Positions 48,940 to 61,367 of a stretch of DNA of 64,000 nucleotides are shown one piece after another. The position numbers and the translations under genes are program-made. This stretch comes from Squalus acanthias. Lineage: Eukaryota. Location: positions 162,814,001-162,878,000 of the forward strand of contig CM059425.1 in the NCBI GenBank assembly GCA_030390025.1, given 5' to 3'. The first letter of the stretch is position 1; each line of letters opens with the position of its first letter. The notes beneath the pieces are model-generated. The model was not told the DNA's origin. It was given only the letters and a program-made list of their open reading frames with translations, and ran no database searches.

Positions 48940-49263
48940 CTTCCCTTGGGAACAGTGTGGAGTAGTGGAAGGCTTCGCAGGCTGATTAACAGTCTGACAG
49001 GCCGTGACATGAACGCTCCTTCCATGGCCTTGACCATCTTTCTGCCAGCTGATAGAGTAGTTAGTCCTATACGGCAGGAGGATTTTATGGACTCCCACAA
49101 CCTATATGATGTGGGTGGGCCCCAAGTATCCCGCTGGATGTCAAACCCAGAATTCCGAGCCGGAGCTCCGACTCCATTCACCGTCTGGACTGTCTGGAGT
49201 GGGGTTCGAACCCTGCACCTTCTGACTCAGAGATGGGAATGCTACCACTGAGCTAAAGGCTCA
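48940..49263 (-). mobile_element. tRNA-derived SINE (same family as 11680-12000)
   Basis: Head TAGCTCAGTGGTAGC...GGTTCGAACCCC (A and B boxes) on -. Confidence 0.75.
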
Positions 49264-51373
49264 CTCCCTTCTGCTTCATTTAATCAAGGTTAAAAAAAGT
49301 AGGATTTTATTATAATTAGGGAGATAATGAAATGCAATTGATCACTGTTCCTTTCAAAATATTTCTTTGCCATTTATCTTGAGTGGAGTGTTTTTTTCCT
49401 TGATTTATTGTGGTTGTATTACAACCAATGTTAAAGATTGCCTGCAGTTTGTAAAAGTCAATTCTTAAAGCTGTAAGTATAGATTTTTGCTGATGCAGAC
49501 TTCTTTTTATTATACTTGTGACCTGAGGAATACACTATGTTCTTCTTCATGAACATGTAACCTGCAGGGCTGCCTAACATGCAGAACAAGACGGTGTTGG
49601 TCCAGAAAATGCAATGAAACCCTTTGTTAGAGCACAATGTTGGGGGAGTTGGAGCCCATGATGTGGGCTTATTCGCTTTGTTCTCTTACATTTGCATATT
49701 CGCCATCCTTCACCTGCATTTTCTCCTTTAATTTCACATCCATAGCTTTTATTTTTATTTTTGTTTGTTGTTTCTTTATATTTCATGCTTTTGTTGTACA
49801 TGAACCTCTCTGTCTTTTTACACCCTCCCCACTATTGGTATTTCCACAATCTTTTGCACTTTCTGTATTGTATTATCTCACCAATGATCTTTTGCATCAC
49901 CTAGCTGCTTTCTATTCAGCATTGGTCCCGATAATAACTGTAAGGCTGGAAGGGAGCGAGGTGGGAAGTGGGGGCGGTTGGTGGGGTGGGGAGGATTTGC
50001 AGATTTCCTGCAGGTCCTGCCGAATTTATCAGCAGTATCTGTTTTACATTTTTTCAACAGATTTCCCCACCGCAGCCACCCAGATTGAGAGTCTGGCTGG
50101 CTGTCAGGCGGGTAGGCAGCCGGGGAGCAGAGGGGAGGAATGGGACATCACGGGTGGGGGGCTGGATATCGTGGGCGGTTGGGGTCAGCCAATCGCGGGA
50201 GGGTTGGATATCATGGGGTTGGGGGTTGGCCGATGGCGGGGGTCCTATCGTGGGTGGGGTCAGCTGATCGCGGAGGTATGATCGCGTGGAGCTAAGCTTG
50301 GTGGGCCGGGGGGGGGGGAAGACTTCTGCTCCTCCTAACCTACAAACAGTGCTATAAAGACACTTACCTGATGGATCCGGCCCTTCATGCCTCCCTTCAG
50401 CTGCCGGGTTTCCCGAGGCCCAGGAAACCCTAACTAAAAGTTAAGTTAAACTGGAGGCACACAGCCTCCTTAAAATATTTTTAGAGACCGACCCGCCTCC
50501 TGAGAGCGAGTTGGTCGCCCGCCCCCCAACCCATCTCTATTAAAATCGCAAGTGGGCAGATTGAAGGCGAGTTGAAGAGGGAACAGTAGGAGGCAGAGCC
50601 TGGAGCAGCTAGTGGAAAATGCACCAACGCTGCATTTTCTTAAACCGAAGTTAATTTATTGTCAGGGATAACATGTTACATAAGTGAGGCGTGAGCAAAG
50701 GCAGGCTTAGAAAAACAAACAGAATTTGGTCCAAAGCTTCAGGATTTTGTTGCAATAAAATTAGGTGTGGCCACCCCTGGTGGGTTTTAGGTGTCTAACC
50801 TCTCTACCTCCTAGGATACAGTAAATTCTAGACACTCAGTCAGGTGTAGGAGGGAAATCCTATACTGTGAGTTCTTGGTAAAGTACTTTTTCAATGCGTT
50901 CAGTATTTAATTAACCTATTGCGGGCATGTGAGGATATGAAGGATTGAGCTGAATGTCGCTGATTATATAAAGTGTTATACCTCGTGTGAAATTAAGCTC
51001 AGAAATTAAAATCTTACATTAAATATTTTGTCAGAGATATATCATTATACTATGATTTCTATATGAAGTAAATGCTGAGAATACAGCCCCAGACATCACA
51101 TGAATTACAATGTGAAGTTGTAATTACAAAGAGGTTAGCAACAGCACATACCAGAAAGTTTGCCATTTTTCACTGTCAGTTTCATAGCTCCAGTCATTTC
51201 AGTGGGATCAGCTATAGCTGATTTCATAAATATATAGTATAACCCTGAAAATTGGCTATTTTTCACGCTCAGTTTCATGTTTTGCTGAGGCATAAACGAC
51301 AATTGATTTTACAACACTGAGGCAAGTGGAACAAAACAGTCATAGAATTCCATTCATTTCATGGTGAAATTAC

Positions 51374-52650
51374 AGGGGTGATTTTAACCCTGCCTGCTTG
51401 GCGGAAACCGGGCGGATGGGCAGTTAAAAATCACCTGTGGGACTCACTCGTTGATGCCCACAATGATCCCGCGGGTTCTGATTTTAAGTTGCTCTTCTGA
51501 ATAGGCGACAGGGACAGCTGCCGACAACTGATGGGGTCCTTCTTTAAATGTGCAGACTGGGCTCCGATGGTGCTTTCGGGGTCTGACTGCCATTTTAACC
51601 GTGGACCTGAGCAGAGAAGCCAGATCCACTAGTGGGAACAGGAGTCGAGCCTAGAAGAGGTCCAAAAAGGTAAAGAGAGCAAAATTGGGTCGCGCCCCCT
51701 TTGGGGCGCTAACTTCGCGGGGGCGCTACCTTTAGCGCCCCGAAAAAGTTAACGCTCCCATGCCCGAAATTCACTGGTAGCGCCCTAAGAGGGCGCTGCG
51801 AGTGAATATCGTGGCACTACGTGCAGCAGTGCCACGCGCTGCGGCACGTCGCGCTGCGGTACTGCAGGCCTTCCTCCCCTTATTAAAGGGGAGGGGCCTA
51901 GCGCAGCACGACCCGGGGCCCAGCTGGGCCACCAGGGATTGGAGTGCTAGCAAAAGAGCCCGGCACGCAAGAGGAGTGCTGGGCTCACGGAGCGCAGCTG
52001 GCACCCCTGGGGGGCTGCACAGGAGGCCAGGGATGGCAACGGGGGCAGGTGCTGGCAGGCGGCCAGCAACAAAAATGGCCGCCCGGCATCTCCCCTTTAA
52101 TTTGCGCCGCCCCGGCCACAGGTAGGCCCCCCAGACCCTGTCGGACATAGCGTCCGGTGGTAAGTCAGGGGGGCGCTACCGAAGATCGCGGCCGGGGCGC
52201 GAGCGGGGCGCTGCGCACGGCGATGACGTCATCACCGGAGGCGCAGCGCCACGGGGCGCTAATGGTTATCGCCGCCGCTAACCTCCCGCTGAATTTCGCG
52301 GGAGGCATTGGCGGCGCCGCGCCCAGGCGCTAGTTGCTTTGCCCTAGGGTGCTAACGGGAGGTGCAAATCAACCAAATTTTTCCCCCAAAGTCTTTTATA
52401 ACTTTCTTTGACTTTCCTTGTGGTGCCAGAAGCAGCAGAAGTGCTCCTCTGGGCCCCACAAGGAAAGTGTAGACCTCCCCTGCCCCAGGCTCCTCCCTCC
52501 CCTAATCAACTTACCTTTGACGCCCGCAGCCACCACCGGCCGGTTTCAGACAGGAAATTGTCCAAGAGCATGTCGACAAGGCCCAGGTGGTAAAATCAGG
52601 ATGGGTTGTCACCGGACTCAGTCCCCACTCACCCTGAATTAAAATCGATG
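51374..52650. mobile_element. MITE containing a nested Harbinger-type MITE (51675-52387)
   Basis: Outer ends ..GATTTTAA / TTAAAATC... Inner TIR GAGAGCAAAATT / AATTTTTCCCCC with AAA TSD, homologous to 324-1019. Confidence 0.75.
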
Positions 52651-53307
52651 CTTATGTGTCTGAGTACACAGAAAATCAAATGGCTATTAGAGAGGTAATG
52701 ATATCATGTAAGCAGGCACCACCAGTTACATACTTCACTGCATACAAATGAAGGGCTTAGCCAGAGAGATAATAATACATGTCACAACGATTGGCCTCTC
52801 ATATTAAACATTAATATGGTAGCCATTGGCTAGGATAGTTATCTCTACAGAAATGATCCCAGTATTTTAACTTCTAAGGAGTTTTGATGCTTGTGTGTGC
52901 TTTGGGAGGCGAATGAAATGGAGTGATAAACATTTGAAACTTCAAATATTAATATGCACCTACCCTATATTTGGAAGTTGCTGTCCCAACATTACCACTA
53001 TCCACAGTTGCCAATTGTCCACCTTTGGAGTGGACATCAGCTATTTCAGCCCCAGTTTGTGTTGTTCGTGTGGAACTGTAGGGGACATTTGATTTTGGAG
53101 CTGGCTGAATTCACACCATGGTTCATCTCACCTGTACATGCACAATATTCCAGTGTGGAGGATTATGGGGTGATTTTACCCAGCTCCCAAATCAGCTATT
53201 TTGCAAACAACATACATAGGGACCAGTTGCCAACTATTATAATTCAGTGTAGAATTCTTCCCTTTTACCCTCCAAGAAAAAAATTACTAAAGGACATGGT
53301 CATCCTA

Positions 53308-54553
53308 GTACAAAAGCAAAATACTGTGGATGTTGGAAATCTGACATAAAAACAGAAAATGCTGGAAATACTCAGCAGGTCAGGCAGCATCTGTGGAGAG
53401 AGAAACAAAGTCAACGTTTCAGGTCGATGACCTTTCATCAGAACTGGAAAAGGTTAGAGATGTAACAGGTTTTAAGCAAGTACAGAGGCAGGGAAAGGCG
53501 GGAAGGGGGCAAAGAACAAAAGGGAAGGTCTGCGATAGGATGGAAGGCAGGAGTGATTAAATGACAAAAGGGATGATGGTGCAAATCAAATGGAGATGGT
53601 AATGGGACAAGTAAAGAAACAAAAGATGGGTCTAGGAGAGGAGTAAATGGGAATATCAGAATCATCAACAACAGCTGTTGTCCGAAAAAATGGGAGTGGA
53701 GGTTATGATCTGAAATTGTTGAACTCAATGTTGAGTCCAGAAGGCTGTAAAGTGCCTGATAGAAAGATGAGGTGCTGTTCCTCGAGCTTACGTTGAGCTT
53801 CACTGGAACAGTATAGGAGGCCGAGGACAGAAAGGTCAGAGTGGGAATGGGGCGGAGTATTAAAATGACAGGCGACCAGAAGCTCGGGGTTATGCTTGTG
53901 GACTGAACGAAGGTGCTCCGCAAAGCGGTCACCCAATCTGCGTTTGTCTCCCCAATGTAGAGGAGACTGCATCGTAAGCAGCGAATACAGTATACTAATT
54001 TGAAAGAAGTACAAGTAAATCGCTGTTTCACCTGGAAGGAGTGTTTGGGGTCCTGGACAGTGGGAAGGGGAGCTAAAAGGGCAGGTGTTGAATCTCCTAC
54101 ACTTGCACGGGAAGGTGCCGTGGGAAGGGGAGTGGGTGTTGGGGGTGATAGAGGAGTGGACCAGGGTGTCGCGGAGGGAGCGGTCCCTTTGGAATGCTGA
54201 AAGGGGAGGGGAGGGAAAGTCGGTTGAGGAAAAAAGACATGTCGGAAGCACTGGTATGGAAGGTGGCATTGTTGGAACAGATGTGGCGGAGACAGAGAAA
54301 CTGAGAGAATGGAATAGAGTCCTTGCAGGAAGCGGGGTGGGAGGAAGTGTAGTCAAGATAGCTGTAGGAGTCAGTGGGTTTCTAATGGATATTGGTCGAT
54401 AGCTTATCCCCAGAATTGGAGACAGAGAAGTCGAGGAAGGGAAGGGAAGAGTTGGAGATGGACCATGTGAAGGTGAGGGAAGGGTGAAAATTGGAAGCAA
54501 AGTTGATGAAATTTTCCAGTTTGGGGCGAGAGCAGGAAACGGCACCAATACAA
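53308..54553 (-). mobile_element. Penelope-like element fragment (RT C-terminus and GIY-YIG, frameshifted, internal deletion)
   Basis: ORFs 53438-54031 and 53703-54557 match the 36-kb copy. Candidate TSD TCATCCTA (53300-53307 and 54554-54561). Confidence 0.88.
53409..53445 (-). ncRNA. Minimal hammerhead-ribozyme-like motif, second copy
   Basis: AGUU-CUGAUGA-A-AGGUC(AUC)GACCU-GAAACGUU-GACU; core identical to 35823-35859. Confidence 0.6.
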
Positions 54554-55089
54554 TCATCCTAATGTATTGATTGGGATATAAATTTATCCTATGCTTTCTA
54601 TTTTTATTTCATGTTCAACATATTTGCTCTTTTTCTTTTTTAACTCAATTTATTTGACTTCTCATTCCTGCTTCTATCCAAAGTTAAAGCATAACTTTTC
54701 TGACCCATCTAAAACTAACCCCTGAATTGAACATCCAATAGAGAGGGTAATAGTGATGAAAACTGACTAGTCGTGAAACCAATTTCTTTTTCCCCTTTCC
54801 TTCGCCCACCCCCCCACAACATGTGGACGGTTTCATACTGAAGCACATCTCTATTATCTACAGTAAGGTGTAATGAAGCTTTTGAAAAGTACAAAGTTGT
54901 CACTAAAAGTTTTAAATCAGATTGATTTATCAAGTGAATGTTAGATGAGGCTAACAGCGCTCACCGTTGTTAAAGTGTAAATCGGACAGCAACTTCCAGC
55001 CACCGCACATGCAGTTAAACGTGGAAATCAGAAAGTTGCTGTCTGAGTTGCCCTGCTTCTCCAGAAACTTCCCTATAACAGTGTCTCAC

Positions 55090-55338
55090 CATGAGGAAAT
55101 ATTTTTTTACACAGCGAGTTGTGGTGATCTAGAATGCACTTCCTGAAAAGGTGGTGGAAGCAGATTTAATAGTAACATTCAAAAGAGAATTGGATAAACA
55201 CTGGAAGGAAAAAGATTTATAGAGTTATAGGAAAGAGCAGGGGCGTGTGATTAATTAGATAGCTCTACCAAAGAGCCGGCACAGGCACGATGGGCCGAAT
55301 GGCCTCCTTCTGTGCTGTATCATTCTATGATTCTATGA
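55090..55338 (+). mobile_element. CR1 3' fragment
   Basis: Ends tgtgctgtatcattctatgattctatga. Confidence 0.75.
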
Positions 55339-55860
55339 ACAAAAGTCTATTAACTTGAGATTCGCTTTGCTAATAATACATTGCCATCAAAAGGAAATTC
55401 CAAGTATTCTACTTCTGAGATGTGTGGGAACATACTGAACTGCATCTTCCTGGAATTGTCTATTCTGAGTCGTCTTGTTCTATCAACATCAGTATTGTGA
55501 CGTAAACGCCATTTACACCAGGGTTTCCACAACAATGAGGAGAACAAACACCTGCAGAAATTCACCATCTATGTTTTTATACTTTCTATCTGTCTGATGT
55601 GAAAGATAGCAAATTATTTATCCCTTGAATTGATTGTAACGGTTTCTAAAAACCTGACCGATTATTATTCAAAAAGATGTTTCCTTAATCTCTCCCTATT
55701 CATTCAATCTTCTGCCCAGTGTGAGTTGTGACATCTGTTTTGTGCAGTGGGCTGATAGCAATTGAATACTAGGTTCACAATTCAAAATCATTCCACGTAG
55801 GATTTTTGAACAGATCAGGAGAACACCTCTACCCTGAAATTGCATCGTGAGATTCTAGTG

Positions 55861-57577
55861 TAAAAAGACAAGGCTGAAGCGTTTGCAACTAACTTCAGCC
55901 AGAAGTGCCGAGTGGATGATCCATATCGGCCTCCTTCTGAGGTCTCCACCATCACAGAAGCCAGTCTTCAGCCAATTTGATTCACTCCACGTGATATCAA
56001 GAAACGGCTGAGCGCACTGGATACAGCAAAGGCTATGGGCCCTAACAACATCCCGGCTATCGTGCTGAAGGCTTGTGCTCCAGAACTAGCCGTGCCTCTA
56101 GCCAAGCTGTTCCAGTACAGCTACAACACTGGCATCTATCCGACAATGTGGAAAACTGCCCAGGTATGTCCTGTCCACAAAAAGCAGGACAAATCCAACC
56201 CGGCCAATTATCGCCCCATCAGTCTACTCTCAATCATCAGCAAAGTGATGGAAGGTATCATCGACAGTGCTATCAAGCGGCACTTACTCACCAATAACCT
56301 GCTCACTGATGCCCAGTTTGGGTTCCGCCAAGACCATTCGGCTCCCGACCTCATTACAGCCTTGGTCCAAACATGGACAAAGGAGCTGAATTGCAGAGGT
56401 GAGGTGAGAGTGACTGCCCTTGACATCAAGGTAGCATTTGACCGAGTCTGGCATCAAGAAGCCCTAGTAAAACTGAAGTCAATGGGAATCAGGGGGAAAA
56501 CGCTCCACTGGCTAGAGTCATACCTAGCACAAAGGAAGATGGTTGTGGTGGTTGAAGGTCAATCATCACAGCCCCAGGACATCGCTGCAGGAGTTCCTCA
56601 GGGCTGTGTCCTAGGCCCAACCATCTTCAGCTGCTTCATCAATGACCTTCCCTCCAACATAAGGTCAGAAATGGGGATGTTCGCTGATGACTGCACAGTG
56701 TTCAGCGCCATTCGCAACTCCACAGATAATGAAGCAGTCCATGCCCGCATGCCACAAGACCTGGACGACATTCAGGCTTGGGCTGATAAGTGGCAGGTAA
56801 CATTCGCGCCACAGAAGTGCCAAGCAATGACTATCTCCAACAAGCGAGAGTCTAACCACCTCCCCTTGATATTCAATGGCATTACCATCGCCGAATCCCC
56901 CACTATCAACATCCTGGGGGTCACCATTAACCAGAAACTTAACTGGACCAGCCACATAGATACTGTGGCAACAAGAGCAGCTCAGAGGCTAGGTATTCTG
57001 TGGAGAGTGTCTCACCTCCTGACTCCCCAAAGCCTTTCCACCATCTACAAGGCACAAGTAAGGAGTGTGATGGAATACTCTCCACTTGCCTGGATAAGTG
57101 CAGCCCCAACAACACTCAAGAAGCTCGACACCATCCAGGACAAAGCAGCCCGCTTGATTGGCACCCCATCCACCACCTTAAACATTCACTCTCTCCACCA
57201 CCGGCGTACCATGGCTGCAGTGTGTACCATCTACAAGATGCACTGCAGCAACTCGCCAAGGCAGCATCTCCCAAACCCGCGACCTCTTCCACCTAGAAGG
57301 ACAAGAGCAGTAGGCACATGGGAACACCACCACCTCCAAGTTCTCCTCCAAGTCACGCACCATCCTGACTTAGAAGTATATCGCTGATCCTTCATCGTCG
57401 CTGGGTCAAAATCCTGGAACTGCCTACCTAACAGCACTGTGGGAGTACCATCACCACACAGACTGCAGCGGTTCAAGAAGGCGGCTCACCACCACCTTCT
57501 TCAGGGCAACTAGGGATGGGCAATAAATGCTGGCATTGCCAGCGACGGCCTGATCCCATAAACAAATTTTAAAAAAA
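55861..57577 (+). mobile_element. 5'-truncated LINE of a second CR1/L2-group family, RT ORF 56035-57387
   Basis: NYRPISLLS, QFGFR, LDIKVAFDRVWH, VPQGCVLGP, FADD. Confidence 0.9.
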
Positions 57578-58185
57578 CTGCTTAATACATTTGTCTGACA
57601 TTCCTCTCTCTGAAATTTTTGTGGAGGCATAATTCTTTTTATTTGAAATGGGTTGACTCCTTTACAAAAAGAGTGGAGAGAGAAATTTCCGACCCACTCA
57701 TTAAGTGTTTGCTCACAAGTGCCCAGGATGTAGTTTGTTTTCTGTTGTATGGAAATATGCTTGAAATAGAAGAATCACCTCCAGACCTTAGAATACAACA
57801 GAGCCAAAGATAACAAATTGGAAATAAAATTCTGCCCTTAAAAGCACACCTGTATAAATTCACAATTCAGTGCAACTTAGGCAGAATCTGTTTAAAAATA
57901 TGTTGCAGCTCATACATTTCCCACTTCTCCAGGAGAACATCTTTATAAAAACCGCAGCCTGCAGTATCCGTATGTTTTGCGCCTAGATGTCAGCGCAATC
58001 TGAGTGGAATCGACTGATAGTTTCCGCCATCTTTTACACTGGTTCAAAAGTCAACTTGACCGAAGCAGTTCCTGCCCACAAAACCGGCCACGCCGCCAGG
58101 TCGGGATGGTGACTTTCTGCTGATTGCGCCCGTTCGGAATGTGTTCATCACAATGCAACCAGAATTTCAGGCACACGGTCACAAT

Positions 58186-60768
58186 GGGCTGGATTTTGTG
58201 GTAAAAATAACAGTGAAGCTAACAGAGCTCACCATTATTAACGTGTAAATCGAACGGCAACTTCCAGCGAAGTTGCTGTCCGAGATGCCCTGCTCCTTCA
58301 GAAGCTGCGCGATAATGGTATTTCGCCGAGATACTCAAAGTTGAAATACATGGAACGGCGTGAAGTTGCTGTACTTACGTAATGTATACCCACTAAACTT
58401 GCCAGAAAAGTTAGGACTTGTCTGTTCCAATGTAAGTACCCTTTTAACGGCGTGATAATTACTTAATTATTGCCAAACAACCTCTCTGGCACTGAAAATT
58501 AACTTTTTCAAGTGTGGAGTCTCATTCCTTCAGATTTTAATTATTGTAGGAGATTTAAAAATGGCAACCACCTCGCTTCCACCCACTTCCAGCACGCCCC
58601 ATGCTGTTCACCATATTTGGTGAGGGCGATAGGACAGGCGGGACGTGCGTGCGCCGGCAGAATGAAGAGTAGGTAGATCGTGATGTCAGTCAGTGTGTAA
58701 CGCTGATTTGGTGCACGACCTGCCAGTTTGGACATCGCCGTTCCAATCAATGCCCTCTCCTAAACCCGCATAGCTGAACATGCATTCAGCTGCACGAGTG
58801 ACCCCCACCTGCGCTATTTAAATACATCAGGTAAGTTAATTATTTCTCTTGTACTGGTTCTTGCAGAGTTTATATAAATACTGACTTGCTGGAAAACATT
58901 TCAAAAGTTGTAAAGTCACGATGTCAGCAGTCTGAGCTTGTATGGCAGCAGTCTGAGCTTGTGTGGCAGCAAGCTAAGCCTGCACGACAGAAATCTGAGC
59001 TTCCACTGCAGCACTCAGACATTGGGTCGCTTCCGCTTGTGCTGCAATGGAAGCTGAGACATCGCCCATCACACCCAGCATCATAGTTGGGTCCACAAGT
59101 GCTCTAATGGAGTTGCCCATCTCTTCCATCCTGGAAATCATGGGCTCCAACCTTCGCGCAAAGCCCTGTACAAGGTTGGAGCTGGACTCACCAATGCTTC
59201 TTGACAGTGACAAGAGGCTCTCTAGCAGGCCTACCATTGCACCAAGAATTTCTGTGTGCATGACCATCACCCTTCTTCTGAAGGCCATCCCATCGAAGTC
59301 CTCATCTGAGTTCTCTGCAACAAAAGTCGTGTGCGACCTCGCCCTCCGGGGAGCTAGCGCCTACACTACCCTTTCCCCCTCCTCTGGCTGCGGCCTTCTT
59401 GTGCCCAGTGAATCATGCCTCTACACTACCCCCTAAAATTCGTGCAGTGTCATTTTCTGAGCTGGTACCTGGGAGTACCTTCTCTATCACTCTCCTCCTC
59501 TAGTTCTTCATGCACATTCTGGGCTGGTTGGAAGTTCTTGGGTATCTGAAAGGTAAAAGGCACCAGAGTTGGGCTGTGGTGATGGGCGGGGGGGGGAGCA
59601 AGATGTGCATGCTTACACCATCAGCAGCTTGTAAGTGAGAAGAGATTGTGGGATGAGGTGGAAGTGGGATGTGAGAAGAAGGATTAGGTATGAGCAGACT
59701 GTCATCATCGATCGCCGCGGCCTCATTGACGGCTCCTCCAATTATATCCAACTGTCTCCTCCAGCTGGGTCAGGCTCTGCAGCCGTGCTTGCCCCCCGCC
59801 TGTTAGCTGCTGCTGGCGCCGGTTATGCGCCACCTTGGCCTGCAAGAGAAAGTGAAGTGTGTCAGTGAGTGTGGTGCAATTTGTTTGGGTGATGTGCCTG
59901 TCATGGTTGAATAGCTGGTATTGTGTGAGAGATGTGTGTGCGGCTTGCAGCAGTGGTAAGTGTGTCAGGGTGAGGTGAAGTTATGATTGTGAGATATGAG
60001 TCGTGATTGATAGAGATTGTTGGTAGGTGAGTGATGGGGGTGTGGTGCATTGAGCAGTGTGTGAGGCCAGTGATTGGTTTGATATAGCATTTGAAGGTGC
60101 ATTCACTGACCTTGACCACTCGTGTGAGGTCATTAAATCTCTTCCGGCACTGGGTCCAGGTCCTGGGGAAAAGACTGGTGGCACTGACTGCTTCCTGGCC
60201 CCCTGCGGGTAGAGGACCTGTCTCCTCCTATTGACCCCCTGCACCAAGGCTTCCAGTGCTGCGTCCGAGAACCGAGGTGCCCTTTCTCTACCCTGTTGCG
60301 ACATTGGTAACTTCCCTTTTCCTCAGGACCATTAAGAATAAGATGCTTTTTTCACAAAGCACCTCCCCTTTAAGAAGTGCAGGCAGCATATCACTCTGCA
60401 GGCAACCTTTCAATACAGATCAGACTTCCCATGATATTGGGCCCCCTGCTGAACGCTGAGCCAACCAGTAGTGCGTTCAGCGCTGGGCTCAGCACTTCAA
60501 TCATGTTAATTAGCAGGCAGCACGAATTTCACCTGCTGCCTGCATTACTTTAAATGGACGCGGGCAGATTGCGCATCACGATCCCCGCGCCCATTTTCAG
60601 ACCTTATCTAATTTAGCTCCGACAGTTTCTTGCCCTGTTCACACAGGTCCCAGTTTCCCTGTAGAGGCGCTGCTTGACCAGAAATTCCCATGCAAAAGCC
60701 CCAAAAAATTCTGTGGGCAAGTGCAAGTGTAACGAACACCGTTCGCCGCTGACTGCAAAATCCAGCCC
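58186..60768. mobile_element. TIR element containing a Harbinger Myb/SANT derivative (about 58550-60620, -)
   Basis: Perfect TIR GGGCTGGATTTTG / CAAAATCCAGCCC. Inner ORF MSQQGRERAPRFSDAALEALVQGVNRRRQVLYP. Confidence 0.8.
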
Positions 60769-61367
60769 ATAAATCCATCGTACTTGTAGTGACCAGTAGT
60801 CAATTGAAGCCTCACTGAGGTCTGTTCTCATACTGTTGCTACAATTACTTTAAATGACTTTAAATTCAATTTAAAATAGTTCAAATTCAGTCAATTGATC
60901 TGCCCCTTGGTACATAAGATCTGTGACCAGCAGTCAATTGAAACCACTGATTGGCCTTTTTCTTCAGCTGCAGCAATTCCTTGAACAAATTTTCATTTCA
61001 ATTATTTTAGTTCAGTAAGCTTGAGGCCCCATTGGCCATGTTCCAGTCAATAATCAATTACATTTGATTATGCTGCTTGCTTGCGCTGATTCATGGGAGA
61101 TTTTACGTTCGAGCTTATGCAAATAAGTTTATGTGGAAACTTGGGCGTAAATTTACCTCAGCAAAACCGGCGCAGTGTCCGTTGCATTCTGGCTGCATTT
61201 TCCCGATTGCGCCCCTAGTGGGACCCCAGGCCCAAATGTTTAATCTGCTACTTAGGGCCTCATTAAGGTAATTATCTCAGCAACAGTGCAGTCAATGTTT
61301 GTAAATAACATATTTGAAAAGTAATCAGCAGGCAACAGTTGTGTATCAGTTTGATGACTTGTGTTTT

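Noticed and set aside
49195..49263. tRNA gene
   Set aside because: A and B boxes are present, but the sequence continues into a SINE body shared with 11680-12000 and no complete cloverleaf is evident.
52964..53131. 168-nt coding exon using the acceptor at 53132
   Set aside because: All three frames contain stops when this acceptor is used; only the 3' part is open.
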